Source of the DNA: Nitrospirota bacterium
Lineage (GTDB): Bacteria > Nitrospirota > UBA9217
Direction: 5' to 3'
NCBI GenBank assembly: GCA_963845065.1
Contig: CAWJQQ010000003.1
Coordinates: forward strand, 32,001 to 96,000
DNA length: 64,000 nucleotides
This document shows, piece by piece, positions 41,709-52,329 of the stretch. Positions within the stretch are counted from its first letter, which is position 1; each line of letters opens with the position of its first letter. The notes beneath the pieces are model-generated. The model had not been told where the DNA came from. It saw nothing but the letters and a program-made list of their open reading frames with translations, and did not search any database. The translations under genes were made by a program, and so were the position numbers.

Positions 41709-43659
41709 CCCATCTTCTACACCTGCCAAAAAATAACTTCGCTAAAACAACATGATAAGGGCATCGAAAAGTAGCGTGGCACCACACCCTGCCATATTAT
41801 TCCAACTCGATTATGATGACGAGATTTCAGCACCATTTACCTTTTGTGGTATCACGACCTTTGGCGGAATCGCCACTCCTGCAGCCTGAAACACCTTTCC
41901 CGTATCGCCTTTTAATTCGGTCCTTAAAATAACTTCCTTGCCGTCGCTTGTAATCGTGATCTGCTTCAGTTCCTCTAGGTCCCGGAGCATTTCGCCCCAC
42001 TCAAGCTTCTGCTCATTGCGGCTATCCAATCGCTCCTGTAATTCCTTCATAAGGACAAGCGCAAGAAAACTACAGAAGACATGGCCCCGAATCGTCTCGT
42101 CGCATTTATGATAAATCGGGCGCGTCGTCAGCACCGTTTTGGTGCTCCTGAAGATCTGCTCCACCATCCACAACTCTTTGTACGCGAGCGCAACCTCGCG
42201 CGCAGGCATGGGCATTGATGTCGTGAGGACCCACTTACCGTCATACCGTGCTTCCTGTTGAACTTTTTCTTCATCGATGACAAAGGCACTGCTGAAGCTC
42301 TTCACATATTTACGATACCCTTTGTTGCCAACCAGGCTCTTGCCTCCCTGCTTCAGTTTCTCCCGAAGAGATGCGATGATGGCTTCTCTATCGGCGGCAT
42401 CTTTCTTCCGCTGGTCTTCGTTAACGCACACGATATAGCGGCGTTCGCCTACCATGACGTTCTTCACTTTGAGCGGGGATGGGGCTTTACTCTCCTTGCT
42501 TTTAGGATAGACCTCTTCGTATTTCCCTCCGCGGCTCAAAACCTCTTCACTCACTTCCTTCTGCCGCCGCATCCTCGCTCCCAGAATGTAATCGATCTTT
42601 CGCTCATGCAAGTCGGACAGGGTCTTTTCGCTGATCATTCCCCGGTCTGCCACTATGCACGCCTGATTGATGCCGAAGCGGAGCCTCAGCCGGTCTATGA
42701 TCGGCACGAGCGTCTTGACATCGGTTGTGTTTCCGGGCCACAACTCGCAACAAAGAGGTTTCCCGTGATGATCGATGATTGCGCCGACCACCATCTGCTT
42801 GAGATCGGGCCGGTGGTCCTTGGAATGACCGTATGCGCCTATATCCTCGCCGCCCTCTCCTTCAAAGTAAATGCTCGTGGTGTCGAAAAAGACCAGCCGT
42901 AGATCGGCGAATAAATCTCGCCTGCGTCGGAATAGCTCTTCTTCGATCACATCCTTGGTGCAACGGGGAGAAAATCCGGTGGCCCCTTCCTGATCAGCAT
43001 TGGAAAGGGGTTCGCCGAGCCATGCCATGGCCCGGTATAAATGGTGCAAATCGATTCCAGCGGTTCCTTCTATCCGGTAGCCAAGGCACCATTGTTCAGC
43101 GGCACGATCTGAACCCGATACGCTCAAACGGTGCAGCACCGTAAGATAAATCGCCCGCTCGATGGAAAATTGATGTTTGCGCTCCCTGGCTGATGCCTCA
43201 AGCACTTTCTGTATTCCCAGCTCTTTCCATAACCGGCCGAATATCATCGGCAGGCCGATGCGCCTGGAATCCGTTTCAATCGCTTCTCCCTGTTTATGTG
43301 CGTCGATGACCGCGATCTGGTCGGAAAACTTGAGCCCAGACCGCAGCAAGCTATCAAATGCTCCTGTTTCCTTGAGCGCATCGAGCCGTCCAAGCGTGGC
43401 GATGACTTCCTGCTTCACCTTGCCTTGGTCGCGGCGGTTATGAACGATCTGAAGGTATTCTCGTGATTCGGAGCGTTTTACCCTGAAGAACATAGCACCA
43501 CAAATATATCATAATAATTATTAATTGCAAGTTATTTTTATATTAACGTGGCACTACATTTTGACCTGTTTTCCAAAAACGTTTTTTGTAACCCTGTGAA
43601 ATTAAACAACTCCACTCGCGCAAACAGTCCTTTTCTCGGCGGCAACTGTAGAAGATGGG
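41709..43659 (-). mobile_element. IS1634-family element, copy 1
   Basis: IR CCCATCTTCTACA / TGTAGAAGATGGG; 5-bp TSD CCAAA. Confidence 0.95.
41811..43493 (-). CDS. IS1634-family transposase
   Basis: FFDTTSIYFEG, GHSKDHRPDLKQ, VADRGM, YKELWMVEQIFR. Confidence 0.95.
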   Translation of the reverse strand: MFFRVKRSESREYLQIVHNRRDQGKVKQEVIATLGRLDALKETGAFDSLLRSGLKFSDQIAVIDAHKQGEAIETDSRRIGLPMIFGRLWKELGIQKVLEASARERKHQFSIERAIYLTVLHRLSVSGSDRAAEQWCLGYRIEGTAGIDLHHLYRAMAWLGEPLSNADQEGATGFSPRCTKDVIEEELFRRRRDLFADLRLVFFDTTSIYFEGEGGEDIGAYGHSKDHRPDLKQMVVGAIIDHHGKPLCCELWPGNTTDVKTLVPIIDRLRLRFGINQACIVADRGMISEKTLSDLHERKIDYILGARMRRQKEVSEEVLSRGGKYEEVYPKSKESKAPSPLKVKNVMVGERRYIVCVNEDQRKKDAADREAIIASLREKLKQGGKSLVGNKGYRKYVKSFSSAFVIDEEKVQQEARYDGKWVLTTSMPMPAREVALAYKELWMVEQIFRSTKTVLTTRPIYHKCDETIRGHVFCSFLALVLMKELQERLDSRNEQKLEWGEMLRDLEELKQITITSDGKEVILRTELKGDTGKVFQAAGVAIPPKVVIPQKVNGAEISSS

Positions 43660-43957
43660 CCAAAGACAAATGTTATTGCTGCCATGTGGACAGAACAGAA
43701 AAGTACAATGATTTTCAATTCGTTCATGAAAAGCATGTTGTTCAAAAAAACAGATTGACTGCCTGTGATGTCATTCAAGGATAGAGCATGGAAAGATTGC
43801 TATGGCAGAAAAGATACCTATGCTTAAGTGATAAAGCTTTACCAAGTGAGACATTTAAGTAAAAGATTTCAGACCATGATGACGGCAACAGCCTTTGCTG
43901 AAGAGGGAGAGTTTAATTCAGACAGCAAACTAAACATAGCCCTATTTCTATTGGTTT

Positions 43958-44416
43958 TTATTGTTCTTTTTTTATTATTTTCCTTGCTTCATCAATATCT
44001 CCTCCTTGAGCAAAAGCAATTGCTGTCATAAATCTTGAAAGCTTTTCCGAGAAAGCTTCTTTTATTTTGGCAAGTAATAAATCTATATCAGCAGGTTTCC
44101 TGAGGAAATCAAACCCTCCGAGTTTTTTTGCCTCTTCCTCGTCCTTATCTGTGCCATGCCCTGTCAGGATAATAACTTGGATTTCTCGTTTCATCTCTTT
44201 AATCTGCCGAAGAACCTCTATTCCATGGAGTCCTGGCATCTTCAGGTCTAGCACTATGACATCAGGCTCTATTTCCTTTATATAAGACAATGCCTGTTCT
44301 CCATCATAAACAGTATCTACTAGTAACTTTCTCATCCTGAGTCTCTGAGCAAGCGTATTCACAAAAGCTACTTCATCATCAACAAGCAATACCTTTATGT
44401 CTTTATTTTTTTTCAT
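43958..44416 (-). CDS. Response regulator receiver protein
   Basis: LLVDDE, VLDLKMPG, LTGHG, KP; C-terminal TAIAFAQGG. Confidence 0.92.
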   Translation of the reverse strand: MKKNKDIKVLLVDDEVAFVNTLAQRLRMRKLLVDTVYDGEQALSYIKEIEPDVIVLDLKMPGLHGIEVLRQIKEMKREIQVIILTGHGTDKDEEEAKKLGGFDFLRKPADIDLLLAKIKEAFSEKLSRFMTAIAFAQGGDIDEARKIIKKEQ

Positions 44417-44533
44417 TGGTTACTCCTTCAAATTAGTTTTGCTAAAATTTGGCTGCCAATAGCGCTTTCCTATTTCGTTTCTTCAAGTTTAATCCCAATT
44501 TATATGAAAATCGTAAATTTATCATACATATTT

Positions 44534-45208
44534 TCAGCTCCTGTTACTGCTAGACAACAAGGAGACAGGTAGTATTATCGTCGTTTCATCTGCAGTTTTC
44601 TGAGAAATGTTCCCCCCCAACTGTTTTATAGTATGATTAAAAATCTCGTCTTTGCATATCACCTCCTCATCTGTTTCTATCAAATTTCCCTTAGGAATGA
44701 TAGTGATTCCAATTGAGTCATTTGCATACGCCGTTTTGATAATAATCCTGCTGTTTTTATCAAGCTTCTTTAGATGCTTTTCAACAAGGCAAAATATAAG
44801 AAATTGAATCTTCAGTGGATTACTATAAATTAATGGCATGTTTGCAGCAAAGTCTTTTTCAAGATATATCATTTTCTGGTTTATAAATCTGTTTAGCAAG
44901 ACCATAAGTTCTTCAATGCTATTATGAATATTGAAGGCAGATAAGTGCTTCTCCATTCCGTGTCCAAAGCCGTTAAGTTTGTCACAGAAATATGTTGTTT
45001 TTTCAATTTGATTTTTTATGGATTGGGTTATTTTTAGAATCTCCTTTAAATCCTTTCGAGACGATGCTTTCCCTAACTCTATAATATCTCCTATCAATCC
45101 AGCTGACTCTTTTAAAATGGCAAGATGATTATTGATATCATGAGAAAATGCAGCTAAGATTTTCCCTATGAAACTAAATTGAGGGGTAATTAATTCGTCG
45201 TATTCCAT
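44534..45208 (-). CDS. Histidine-kinase-like protein with H-box but degenerate ATP-binding domain
   Basis: GKILAAFSHDINNHLAILKE H-box; no N-box, DxGxG or GxGLGL. Confidence 0.75.
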   Translation of the reverse strand: MEYDELITPQFSFIGKILAAFSHDINNHLAILKESAGLIGDIIELGKASSRKDLKEILKITQSIKNQIEKTTYFCDKLNGFGHGMEKHLSAFNIHNSIEELMVLLNRFINQKMIYLEKDFAANMPLIYSNPLKIQFLIFCLVEKHLKKLDKNSRIIIKTAYANDSIGITIIPKGNLIETDEEVICKDEIFNHTIKQLGGNISQKTADETTIILPVSLLSSSNRS

Positions 45209-45218
45209 ATATTAACTC

Positions 45219-45602
45219 TTATGAATGTTTGCTTAAATTTCGTTTCTCATTGGCGTTGTTAATTTTTACGATTAATTTACTGATATCTACTGGTTTAATT
45301 ATACAATCAAATGGTCCGGTCGGAATTCCTTCACCAGTTCCCTCTGTTTCTGGTTGACCTGTTATTATAATAACTTCTATTGTAGGATCAAATTTTTTGA
45401 TGGTTTTAAGAACCTCAAGGCCACCAATTCCAGGCATCCTTAGATCGAGTAATACCACATCTGGAGGATCACTTTGTGCGGTAGTAATTGCATCTTCAGC
45501 ATTAAATACAGCCTTAACATCATAATTGCGGAGGGCCAATCGTTCTGCTAATGTTGATGCAAATTCCGCCTCATCATCTACTATAAGAACCTTTGTGCTC
45601 AT
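45219..45602 (-). CDS. Response regulator receiver protein
   Basis: LIVDDE, LLDLRMPG, ITG, KP. Confidence 0.92.
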   Translation of the reverse strand: MSTKVLIVDDEAEFASTLAERLALRNYDVKAVFNAEDAITTAQSDPPDVVLLDLRMPGIGGLEVLKTIKKFDPTIEVIIITGQPETEGTGEGIPTGPFDCIIKPVDISKLIVKINNANEKRNLSKHS

Positions 45603-47317
45603 GTTACTTGTCCTTTAGTCAATTCTGAATTTGTTGGTATCTCCACAATAAACGTTGTTCCTTTACCTCCCTCACTCTCCAAAAAGATATTACCGCCCAA
45701 ATTCTTTACAATTCCGTTCGTTATGGAGAGGCCAAGGCCCGTTCCTTTCCCCTTTCCTTTAGTTGTAAAGAAAGGTTCAAAGATATGTTTCAGATCTTCA
45801 CCTGAAATTCCATGCCCATTGTCTTTAATAGATACCTTAACCATGTTTTCATCCTTTATATCTGTAGAAACAGCTACAAGACCTCCATTTCCAACAGCAT
45901 CTATAGCATTCTTTATAATATTCAGAAATACCTGTTGAAGCTGCCCTTTATCGCTCCTAACCTCTGGAAGATTCTCTTTGAGGTTTAGCTCTAAACGGAT
46001 ATTCTTGTATAAAATCTCTTTTTCGAGAAATACGGTTACATTTTTTATAATATCATTGAGGTTTAAGATTTCGATAGAGACTTCCGTTTTTCGTGCAAAT
46101 CCTAAAATGCGATGGGTAACTGTTCGGCAGCGATTTATGCTTTCAAATATCGCATCCAGTAATTTTAAAAACCTCGTCTTATGCTTAAAATCGTCTGACA
46201 TTTCAAGAATGTCTTTCATTAATCCTGCCTTTTCGTTGATTATGGCAAGGGGATTATTTATTTCATGTGCCACGCCCGCTGCAAATAGTCCAAGTATGGC
46301 AAGTTTTTCAGTTGCTATAAGTTGTGCCTGCTTCTCGCCTAATTTCCCGACTGCCTCTGCAACGGCATTTTCAAGAATACTCTTTGCAAACAGTATTTTT
46401 TCTTTCATCTGGTTAAATGACATTCCAAGGGAAGCAATCTCATCCTTCCCTTTGGCCTCTATCGTCTCTGAGAAATCTCCCATAGCAATCTTCTTCGTTA
46501 TCTCTTCCAGCCTTTTTATAGGATTAGCTATATTTCTTGAAAGTTGTATTGTTATCACCGTTCCTAATACTATCATTATAAACAGTCCAAATATAGCTAG
46601 TTTAGCAACCATCTTAAGTGTTAAGCTTATATATTCCCTCTCTTTCGTTGACAGCTTTTCTGTGAGGGACTGTATCTCTTTTGCTTTTGATCTCATTTCA
46701 TCTTCCAAGTCTTTTTCATATTGATACATTTCATAGTGGCTATGAACAAGAAGACGATATTTTTCAATCTCTTTGTTGCCTTCGAAATTTAGGGGCTTAA
46801 AAGATTTAAACACCTCGAACACTTTCTGGTCATTGTACAGCATGATATTTTGTTCATACCTTCTTAGAATCAAGAATTCATCAAGTTTTTTTCCCCTTAA
46901 ACTTTTAGCAATTTGATTTCCTGCAGCTCTTATCATAACTATTAATTTTTCTTGTGATGTGAAGTTGTTTGTCAGATTATTAACATAATCCCCGTATTCG
47001 GTTATTGTCTTTTTCAGAATGATATAATTATCTGTTTCTATCGCTTTGATTATTTCAACCTTGATGCTATCTATATTCTTGTTTAATGCAAGGAGATATT
47101 CTCGCATCTCTTTAAGACTTTCTTCATTCGTAAACAGAAAAAAATTTTTTTCACTCCTCCTTACCTCAAGGACCTCATTGTTTATATCATCCACAACTTC
47201 AACATAGGAGAATCTCATGGTGATTGCTTGGATCTCCTTGTATGAAAAAAAAACAAAGATAATTGCAGTGAATATGTAAAGGCTAAAACCGAGAAGAAGT
47301 TTGTCTCTTATTTTCAT
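45599..47317 (-). CDS. Membrane sensor histidine kinase (HAMP, HisKA, HATPase)
   Basis: Two TM segments, HAMP, AHEINNPL, NIIKNA, DNGHG, FEPFFTTK, GTGLGL. Confidence 0.94.
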   Translation of the reverse strand: MKIRDKLLLGFSLYIFTAIIFVFFSYKEIQAITMRFSYVEVVDDINNEVLEVRRSEKNFFLFTNEESLKEMREYLLALNKNIDSIKVEIIKAIETDNYIILKKTITEYGDYVNNLTNNFTSQEKLIVMIRAAGNQIAKSLRGKKLDEFLILRRYEQNIMLYNDQKVFEVFKSFKPLNFEGNKEIEKYRLLVHSHYEMYQYEKDLEDEMRSKAKEIQSLTEKLSTKEREYISLTLKMVAKLAIFGLFIMIVLGTVITIQLSRNIANPIKRLEEITKKIAMGDFSETIEAKGKDEIASLGMSFNQMKEKILFAKSILENAVAEAVGKLGEKQAQLIATEKLAILGLFAAGVAHEINNPLAIINEKAGLMKDILEMSDDFKHKTRFLKLLDAIFESINRCRTVTHRILGFARKTEVSIEILNLNDIIKNVTVFLEKEILYKNIRLELNLKENLPEVRSDKGQLQQVFLNIIKNAIDAVGNGGLVAVSTDIKDENMVKVSIKDNGHGISGEDLKHIFEPFFTTKGKGKGTGLGLSITNGIVKNLGGNIFLESEGGKGTTFIVEIPTNSELTKGQVT

Positions 47318-47620
47318 GATGTATTACAGGATGACGACCCAACTAAAGCTAATGTTTTGCAGCAACTTCCTGCATCCTTCATAGTGTTCCTATCCCTTTA
47401 AAATTGCATTGTACATTTTATCTAATATTTTTATCATCCTCACTAACCATTATAGCGTATACCTTCCATGCTCAGGTCACCTTTTCAGTGAGGAATTACT
47501 TTTTCAACGGTAACATCATTTTCTCGTTATGCATGAGTTTCAAACCCTTGGCAAGGACATATTTGCCATCGTTCACCGTCATAACATCTCTCCTGAAACT
47601 ATTCATGTTACACTCTTCTT

Positions 47621-48484
47621 TTATTTCACTATCAATACAGGGCATGGTGCGTTGAGCATTACTCTTTCCGTAATGCTGCCTATAATAGCCCTATTAATAC
47701 TGTTCCATCCGTGAGTCCCCCTGATGATTAAGTCATTTTTCAGCCCTTTCGCTTTCTCAATGATCTTTTCTGCTTCGTCGCCTTCCGAAATTTCAGTATT
47801 TATCTTCACACCATGCTCCATTGCGATTGTTTTTGCCTTTTCCACAATGTCCTCTGCGTCACGGCGGAGATTTTCCTTTATAGAGTTCGATGAGATAAAT
47901 TCTATCATTTCTTCATATCGTGGGATGACATAGAACACCCTGATTTCCGAACCGTCAATCTTTGCTAATTCGCACGCGCGTATCAATGCCTTTTTGCTGA
48001 ATTCCGATCCGTCAAAAGAAACGAGGATGGACGCATATTTTCCGGTGCAATTATCACAGGGGTATTTTACAGTTAGGATATCGCAAGGGGAGTTTACGAT
48101 GACCCTCTGAGTGACACTGCCTAAAAACAGTTTCTTTAAACCTTTTCTCCCGTGAGTACCTATGGCAATAAGGTCCGCATGCCTTGCGTTTGCAACGTTC
48201 ACAAGGACATCATGAGGTTCACCCTCACAGATCAGCACCTCAAGTTCTCCTTTAAAACCAAACTCCGCCGATACCTTTTCCTGCATTTGATAACATACTT
48301 TTCTACCCAACTCCAAACGTTTTTCACTCAGGCCAGGATCGATTACGAATTCTTCTGAATTAAAGAATACGGAATGCACCAGAACCGCCTTACCGCCGTG
48401 TCTCTTTATCCAGCGGGAGGATTCTAAAAGCGCAGCCTTACTACATTCGGAATCATCGTAGGCTACAACTATATTGTCATACAT
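47621..48484 (-). CDS. Universal stress protein (tandem USP domains)
   Basis: GTHGRKGL...GSVT; GTHG...IGSITERV...PCPVL. Confidence 0.92.
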   Translation of the reverse strand: MYDNIVVAYDDSECSKAALLESSRWIKRHGGKAVLVHSVFFNSEEFVIDPGLSEKRLELGRKVCYQMQEKVSAEFGFKGELEVLICEGEPHDVLVNVANARHADLIAIGTHGRKGLKKLFLGSVTQRVIVNSPCDILTVKYPCDNCTGKYASILVSFDGSEFSKKALIRACELAKIDGSEIRVFYVIPRYEEMIEFISSNSIKENLRRDAEDIVEKAKTIAMEHGVKINTEISEGDEAEKIIEKAKGLKNDLIIRGTHGWNSINRAIIGSITERVMLNAPCPVLIVK

Positions 48485-48689
48485 ACTAATGCGTACCTCC
48501 CTTTTTCTGAAAACCTGTCGAACACCGAAACTAACAATAAGGGCCGCGAGGTATAGATTATTATTCCATATGCGGCCGCATTGTTTTTTGCCATATCGAC
48601 AACGCTATGAGGTTCTTTACATCAACACAAATTTCCCATAATAAACAATTAGTAACGTTGCACAGAGAGCCAGTCTAGAGGGATCGCCC

Positions 48690-49106
48690 TTAATGACCTC
48701 CTGACTTTAGTACACCCGACGCGGCAAGCATCAGAATTAAAACCTCTAAAATTCCGATGATGCCGAATACCATATCTTTCTTTCTGAAAAATATCGGGAT
48801 GATTCTGAGAAAACAGGGGATCGTCACTCCAGCAAGGAACGCTATGCCGACGAAATTAAGAAAATCGCCTTTGTCGAGCATGTACACCCATGACCAGCCA
48901 CGATGAATATGGGTAGCTGCAAGATATTTATTTGCCGGCATACTCCAGTATTTTGGAAGGTCATTAACCGGAACATGCGCTGGAAGTATTCCGCTCAGGT
49001 AAATGATGAATGTAACAATAATGATGAGCAACCCAGCTTTGACTCCAATTTCCAACACGTTAGCGTATGCAAGCTGCTCCTCTGTTGCCTTTACGTTCTT
49101 ATCCAT
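48690..49106 (-). CDS. DUF1634-like membrane protein
   Basis: EQLAYANVL...GWSWV...KGDFLNFVGIAFLAGVTI; the usual partner of TauE. Confidence 0.75.
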   Translation of the reverse strand: MDKNVKATEEQLAYANVLEIGVKAGLLIIIVTFIIYLSGILPAHVPVNDLPKYWSMPANKYLAATHIHRGWSWVYMLDKGDFLNFVGIAFLAGVTIPCFLRIIPIFFRKKDMVFGIIGILEVLILMLAASGVLKSGGH

Positions 49107-49161
49107 AAAATTGCTCCTTATTATTAAGCTGTGTATTGCCGTGATTTCATTATTTTTTATT

Positions 49162-50127
49162 TCATATGCCCAGTCCCTTAAGCACTGCCCGCACCCCAGA
49201 AAAAAGGAGTATTGCTATTACAATGTACCGCACCGCAGTTGGTTTTGTTTTTGCCAACATTCTGACTCCCACAATAGATCCTAGCATAATGCCCACAATA
49301 GAAGGAATCACCATCATCGGTAATACTGCGCCGTTATTGACATAAATCCAAGCCGCCGAAGTATCAGTAATGGAGAGCAGGAATTTGCTCGTTGCAACAG
49401 ACACCTTTAAGGGCACTCCCAGCATAAGGTTGAGCACCGGTACATTCGCCCACCCGGCGCCAAGGCCAAACATGCCGGCCATTACCCCGACGAGAACAAA
49501 CGTAGCCAGGCCCTGCGGAGTCCTGTGTATATGCCAGCTAACTTCTTGACCGGATGACATCTCATAATAAATTCCGTTTATCCTGAGCGCTGTCGAAAGA
49601 GCATCAGGCTTTTTGACTACTGGATATACCGACTTTTTTGCTATCAGCATGATGCCGACAATACCCAAAATAGCAACACCAAGTGCAGTCTGGACTACAT
49701 TCGTAGGCAACGCTAGCCCCAACATGGCCCCGACAATAGCGCATGCCGATGCTATAAGCCCCATAGGCAGCGCCAGACGCAAATCAGCCATGTTTTTTTT
49801 CAACAGGCCCGGACCGGCTGCCAGTGCTCCGGACAGCGCAACAAGAAGCCCTGCGCCCCTTACAAAATCAAGATGAAAGGGGAAGAAACCCGATATTATG
49901 GGCACAAAAAGCACGCCACCACCGACACCACCTAATACGGCAACGATGCCCATTAAGAATGTAATTATAAATAATAGCAACGGCCACAACCACCATGGGA
50001 CATTCGATGATGCCACAGCCGCCGTTTCCGTAGTTGCATCGGTTGATGCCATTGCGAAGCCTGAGAAAGAGAGAGCAACCAAGGTAATTGTAAAAAATAA
50101 TATTAGTGCTGCTGATCCTCTCGTCAT
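49162..50127 (-). CDS. TauE/SafE-family (sulfite exporter) membrane protein
   Basis: GGVGGGVLFVP and GMFGLGAGWANVP repeats; multiple TM segments. Confidence 0.9.
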   Translation of the reverse strand: MTRGSAALILFFTITLVALSFSGFAMASTDATTETAAVASSNVPWWLWPLLLFIITFLMGIVAVLGGVGGGVLFVPIISGFFPFHLDFVRGAGLLVALSGALAAGPGLLKKNMADLRLALPMGLIASACAIVGAMLGLALPTNVVQTALGVAILGIVGIMLIAKKSVYPVVKKPDALSTALRINGIYYEMSSGQEVSWHIHRTPQGLATFVLVGVMAGMFGLGAGWANVPVLNLMLGVPLKVSVATSKFLLSITDTSAAWIYVNNGAVLPMMVIPSIVGIMLGSIVGVRMLAKTKPTAVRYIVIAILLFSGVRAVLKGLGI

Positions 50128-50729
50128 TGTTTTATTCCTTCCTTCTATCGTAATTGTAATTACTCGGCTCTTAATTCCTTAGCTGTTGTCAGATCTTTGG
50201 TTTTTGTCGGCAGAAGACCACTCTGTTTCTCTCACCTAACTTTCGTTCATGATACTTAGTTCAAATAAAAGCATATTACCCACGTGGGCAAACATCGATG
50301 TTAACAATCGAATATAATTAACGACATTCCTTACCTTAAGATTACCTGCGGTTTTGCAGCATGGACTCTTAATGTGGATATTATAACATAACAGCAATCT
50401 TTTTTATCTTCAATATAAAAATAAATTTTTGTTTTCCAGCAGGGTTTGACATTATATTAGGGGTAAACCTGACGTAACAAATGTGGCTCAATTATCGCAG
50501 TAATTCACCCTCTTTCTTTGCACTTGCTATGGCTTACTTTACGTCAGTTATGGACGTGCCGGTTAGATTAGAAGCGGATTCTAATCCTGAGTCCTGTTTT
50601 ATTGCAAATAAGGCGATCCTGAACGTATCTGAGATAAATACCAAACCGTTCCTTCCCATGTTTACCTTTCTAAAGCGTCATTGAAGCTCGTCTGCCCACC
50701 TTTTGCCAAGACGCTTTTAAGAGTTGGCG

Positions 50730-51211
50730 TTATTGTTTCGGTTTGATTGGTATCCATATTTCCTCTTCTGAATTTGGGTCTTCATATTTAAATTTGTCTC
50801 CTAATATTTCAAAATGTGGTCTATTGTCCAAAGAGTATTCAGAATTTGGTAACCAAATCCCGAAAATATATTGAATGATTCAGGACCCGTGCTTGCATCT
50901 TCTTTATTTAAAAAAACGGCATAAAGTCCTCCTGATAATGTAATGGTTTCCATTTCACTAGGAACTGTATTAAAGTCCTTCACTTCAATAGTGGCCCATT
51001 TTCCAAATTCTGTGCTTGGGTTAAAATTGATAAAATATAAATCATCATATACTTGCAATGAATAAAGTTCTATGCCAATGTTGTTTTTAATTTCTTTTCG
51101 TCTGGGCATAAAGTTTCGCAATAGTTCATTTGTTTTATTGTCGGACAAAGATATTATTATTCGTTTCCCAATTAGTTTTATTTTGGTTATTGTTCCTATT
51201 TTCGGTTTCAT
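50730..51211 (-). pseudogene. GyrI-like effector-binding protein, frameshifted
   Basis: MKPKI...KLIG...NFMPRRKEI...YSLQVY...KWATIEV...GGLYAVF; the C-terminal EEEIWIPIK is in another frame. Confidence 0.75.
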
Positions 51212-51323
51212 AACGAAAATCGGAAAATTCAAGCTATATGCAACTTTCACACATGATTCAGGTTAAAATCTTGTTAACGTCGGGACAGGAGATGAAAAAT
51301 TTCAAAGAAAGAATAAGATTTAC

Positions 51324-52208
51324 TTATGAAGCGGGCTTTCTCGGCAGACCGATACTACGAATAACGAGCCGGTCTAGCATCCAGTCAGGCAGGACTTTCT
51401 TAAGAAACGCGCGAAGATGCGCTTCGCGTCCCACCAGATATCGGGTTTTGGGTTTCTTTGCAGTCAGAGCATGCTCGACAGCACGAACGACAATGTCGGG
51501 CTTGATACCTGCTTGGGAGTTCTTCTCCACAGCGGACCGGAAAACTGTTATTGCGGGACCGTAAAGTTGGATTGCCTGCTGCGGAAAGTTTTGCGTCGTT
51601 TTTCTAGCGGCATTACCGGATTTTTCCCAGATCGGTGTCTTCACTGCACCGGGCTCGATGATCGAGACCTTGATCCCCCAATGCATAAGTTCAATGCGGA
51701 GGGAGTCTGTAATCGCTTCAAGAGCGAATTTTGAAGCACTGTAAGGTCCGATGAAAGGCACGGCCATTCTGCCGGCGATCGATCCCATATTCACAATACG
51801 ACCTTTGAATTTGCGGAGAAGGGGCAAGAATGCCTGAATGACCGCGATCTGGCCAAGGACGTTTACCTCAAACTGCTTCCGTATTTCCGATACGGGAAGG
51901 AACTCCAGGGGACCGCCAACCGCGATGCCTGCATTATTCACCAGTCCGGAAAGCCCCGCATCTCCGACTGCTTTAGCCACATGGCTCACTGCTGCAACAA
52001 GAGCAGTTTCATCGGTCACATCCATAAGCACGGGGGTTATCCTTTCTGCGGACTCGTGCTTCAACGATTCTCCATCTTGCATCTTTCTCACCCCTGCAAA
52101 AACACGGAACCCAAGCCTATCCAAATGGAGAGCACAGGCCCTACCGATACCTGTAGAAGTCCCCGTTACCACTACCGCTCCTCTTACAAATCCCCGTTTG
52201 TCAGTCAT
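51324..52208 (-). CDS. SDR-family NAD(P)-dependent oxidoreductase
   Basis: TGTSTGIG, NNAG, YSASK. Confidence 0.94.
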   Translation of the reverse strand: MTDKRGFVRGAVVVTGTSTGIGRACALHLDRLGFRVFAGVRKMQDGESLKHESAERITPVLMDVTDETALVAAVSHVAKAVGDAGLSGLVNNAGIAVGGPLEFLPVSEIRKQFEVNVLGQIAVIQAFLPLLRKFKGRIVNMGSIAGRMAVPFIGPYSASKFALEAITDSLRIELMHWGIKVSIIEPGAVKTPIWEKSGNAARKTTQNFPQQAIQLYGPAITVFRSAVEKNSQAGIKPDIVVRAVEHALTAKKPKTRYLVGREAHLRAFLKKVLPDWMLDRLVIRSIGLPRKPAS

Positions 52209-52223
52209 GATTATTTCCTCCTA

Positions 52224-52329
52224 TTTTAACGCCCGAAGCTTTCGCCAAGTCAAACATCTGCGGCTAGGAAAAGGAGAACATTCGGTGTAACTGAGCGTGC
52301 TTTATGGCCATTGGACAAACTTGTTGGAA
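52224..52329 (-). other. Degenerate attC-like site upstream of the SDR gene
   Basis: Minus strand TTCCAACAAGTTTGTCCAA...TTGGCGAAAGCTTCGGGCGTTAAAA, followed directly by the RBS and ATG. Confidence 0.35.

Larger units (their letters stand above)
41648..43800 (+). pseudogene. Multiheme cytochrome c fragment interrupted by IS1634
   Basis: GYKCMQCHTEMIKGDGVTPK|IS|DKCYCCHVDR...HEKH...DCL*CH; the frame is continuous across the TSD. Confidence 0.7.

Noticed and set aside
51250..51271. ATTTTAAC after the SDR gene as the matching attC R'' box
   Set aside because: The same TCAGGTTAAAATCT context occurs at the IS1380 end (25457-25470), so an IS1380-type terminus remnant explains it equally well.
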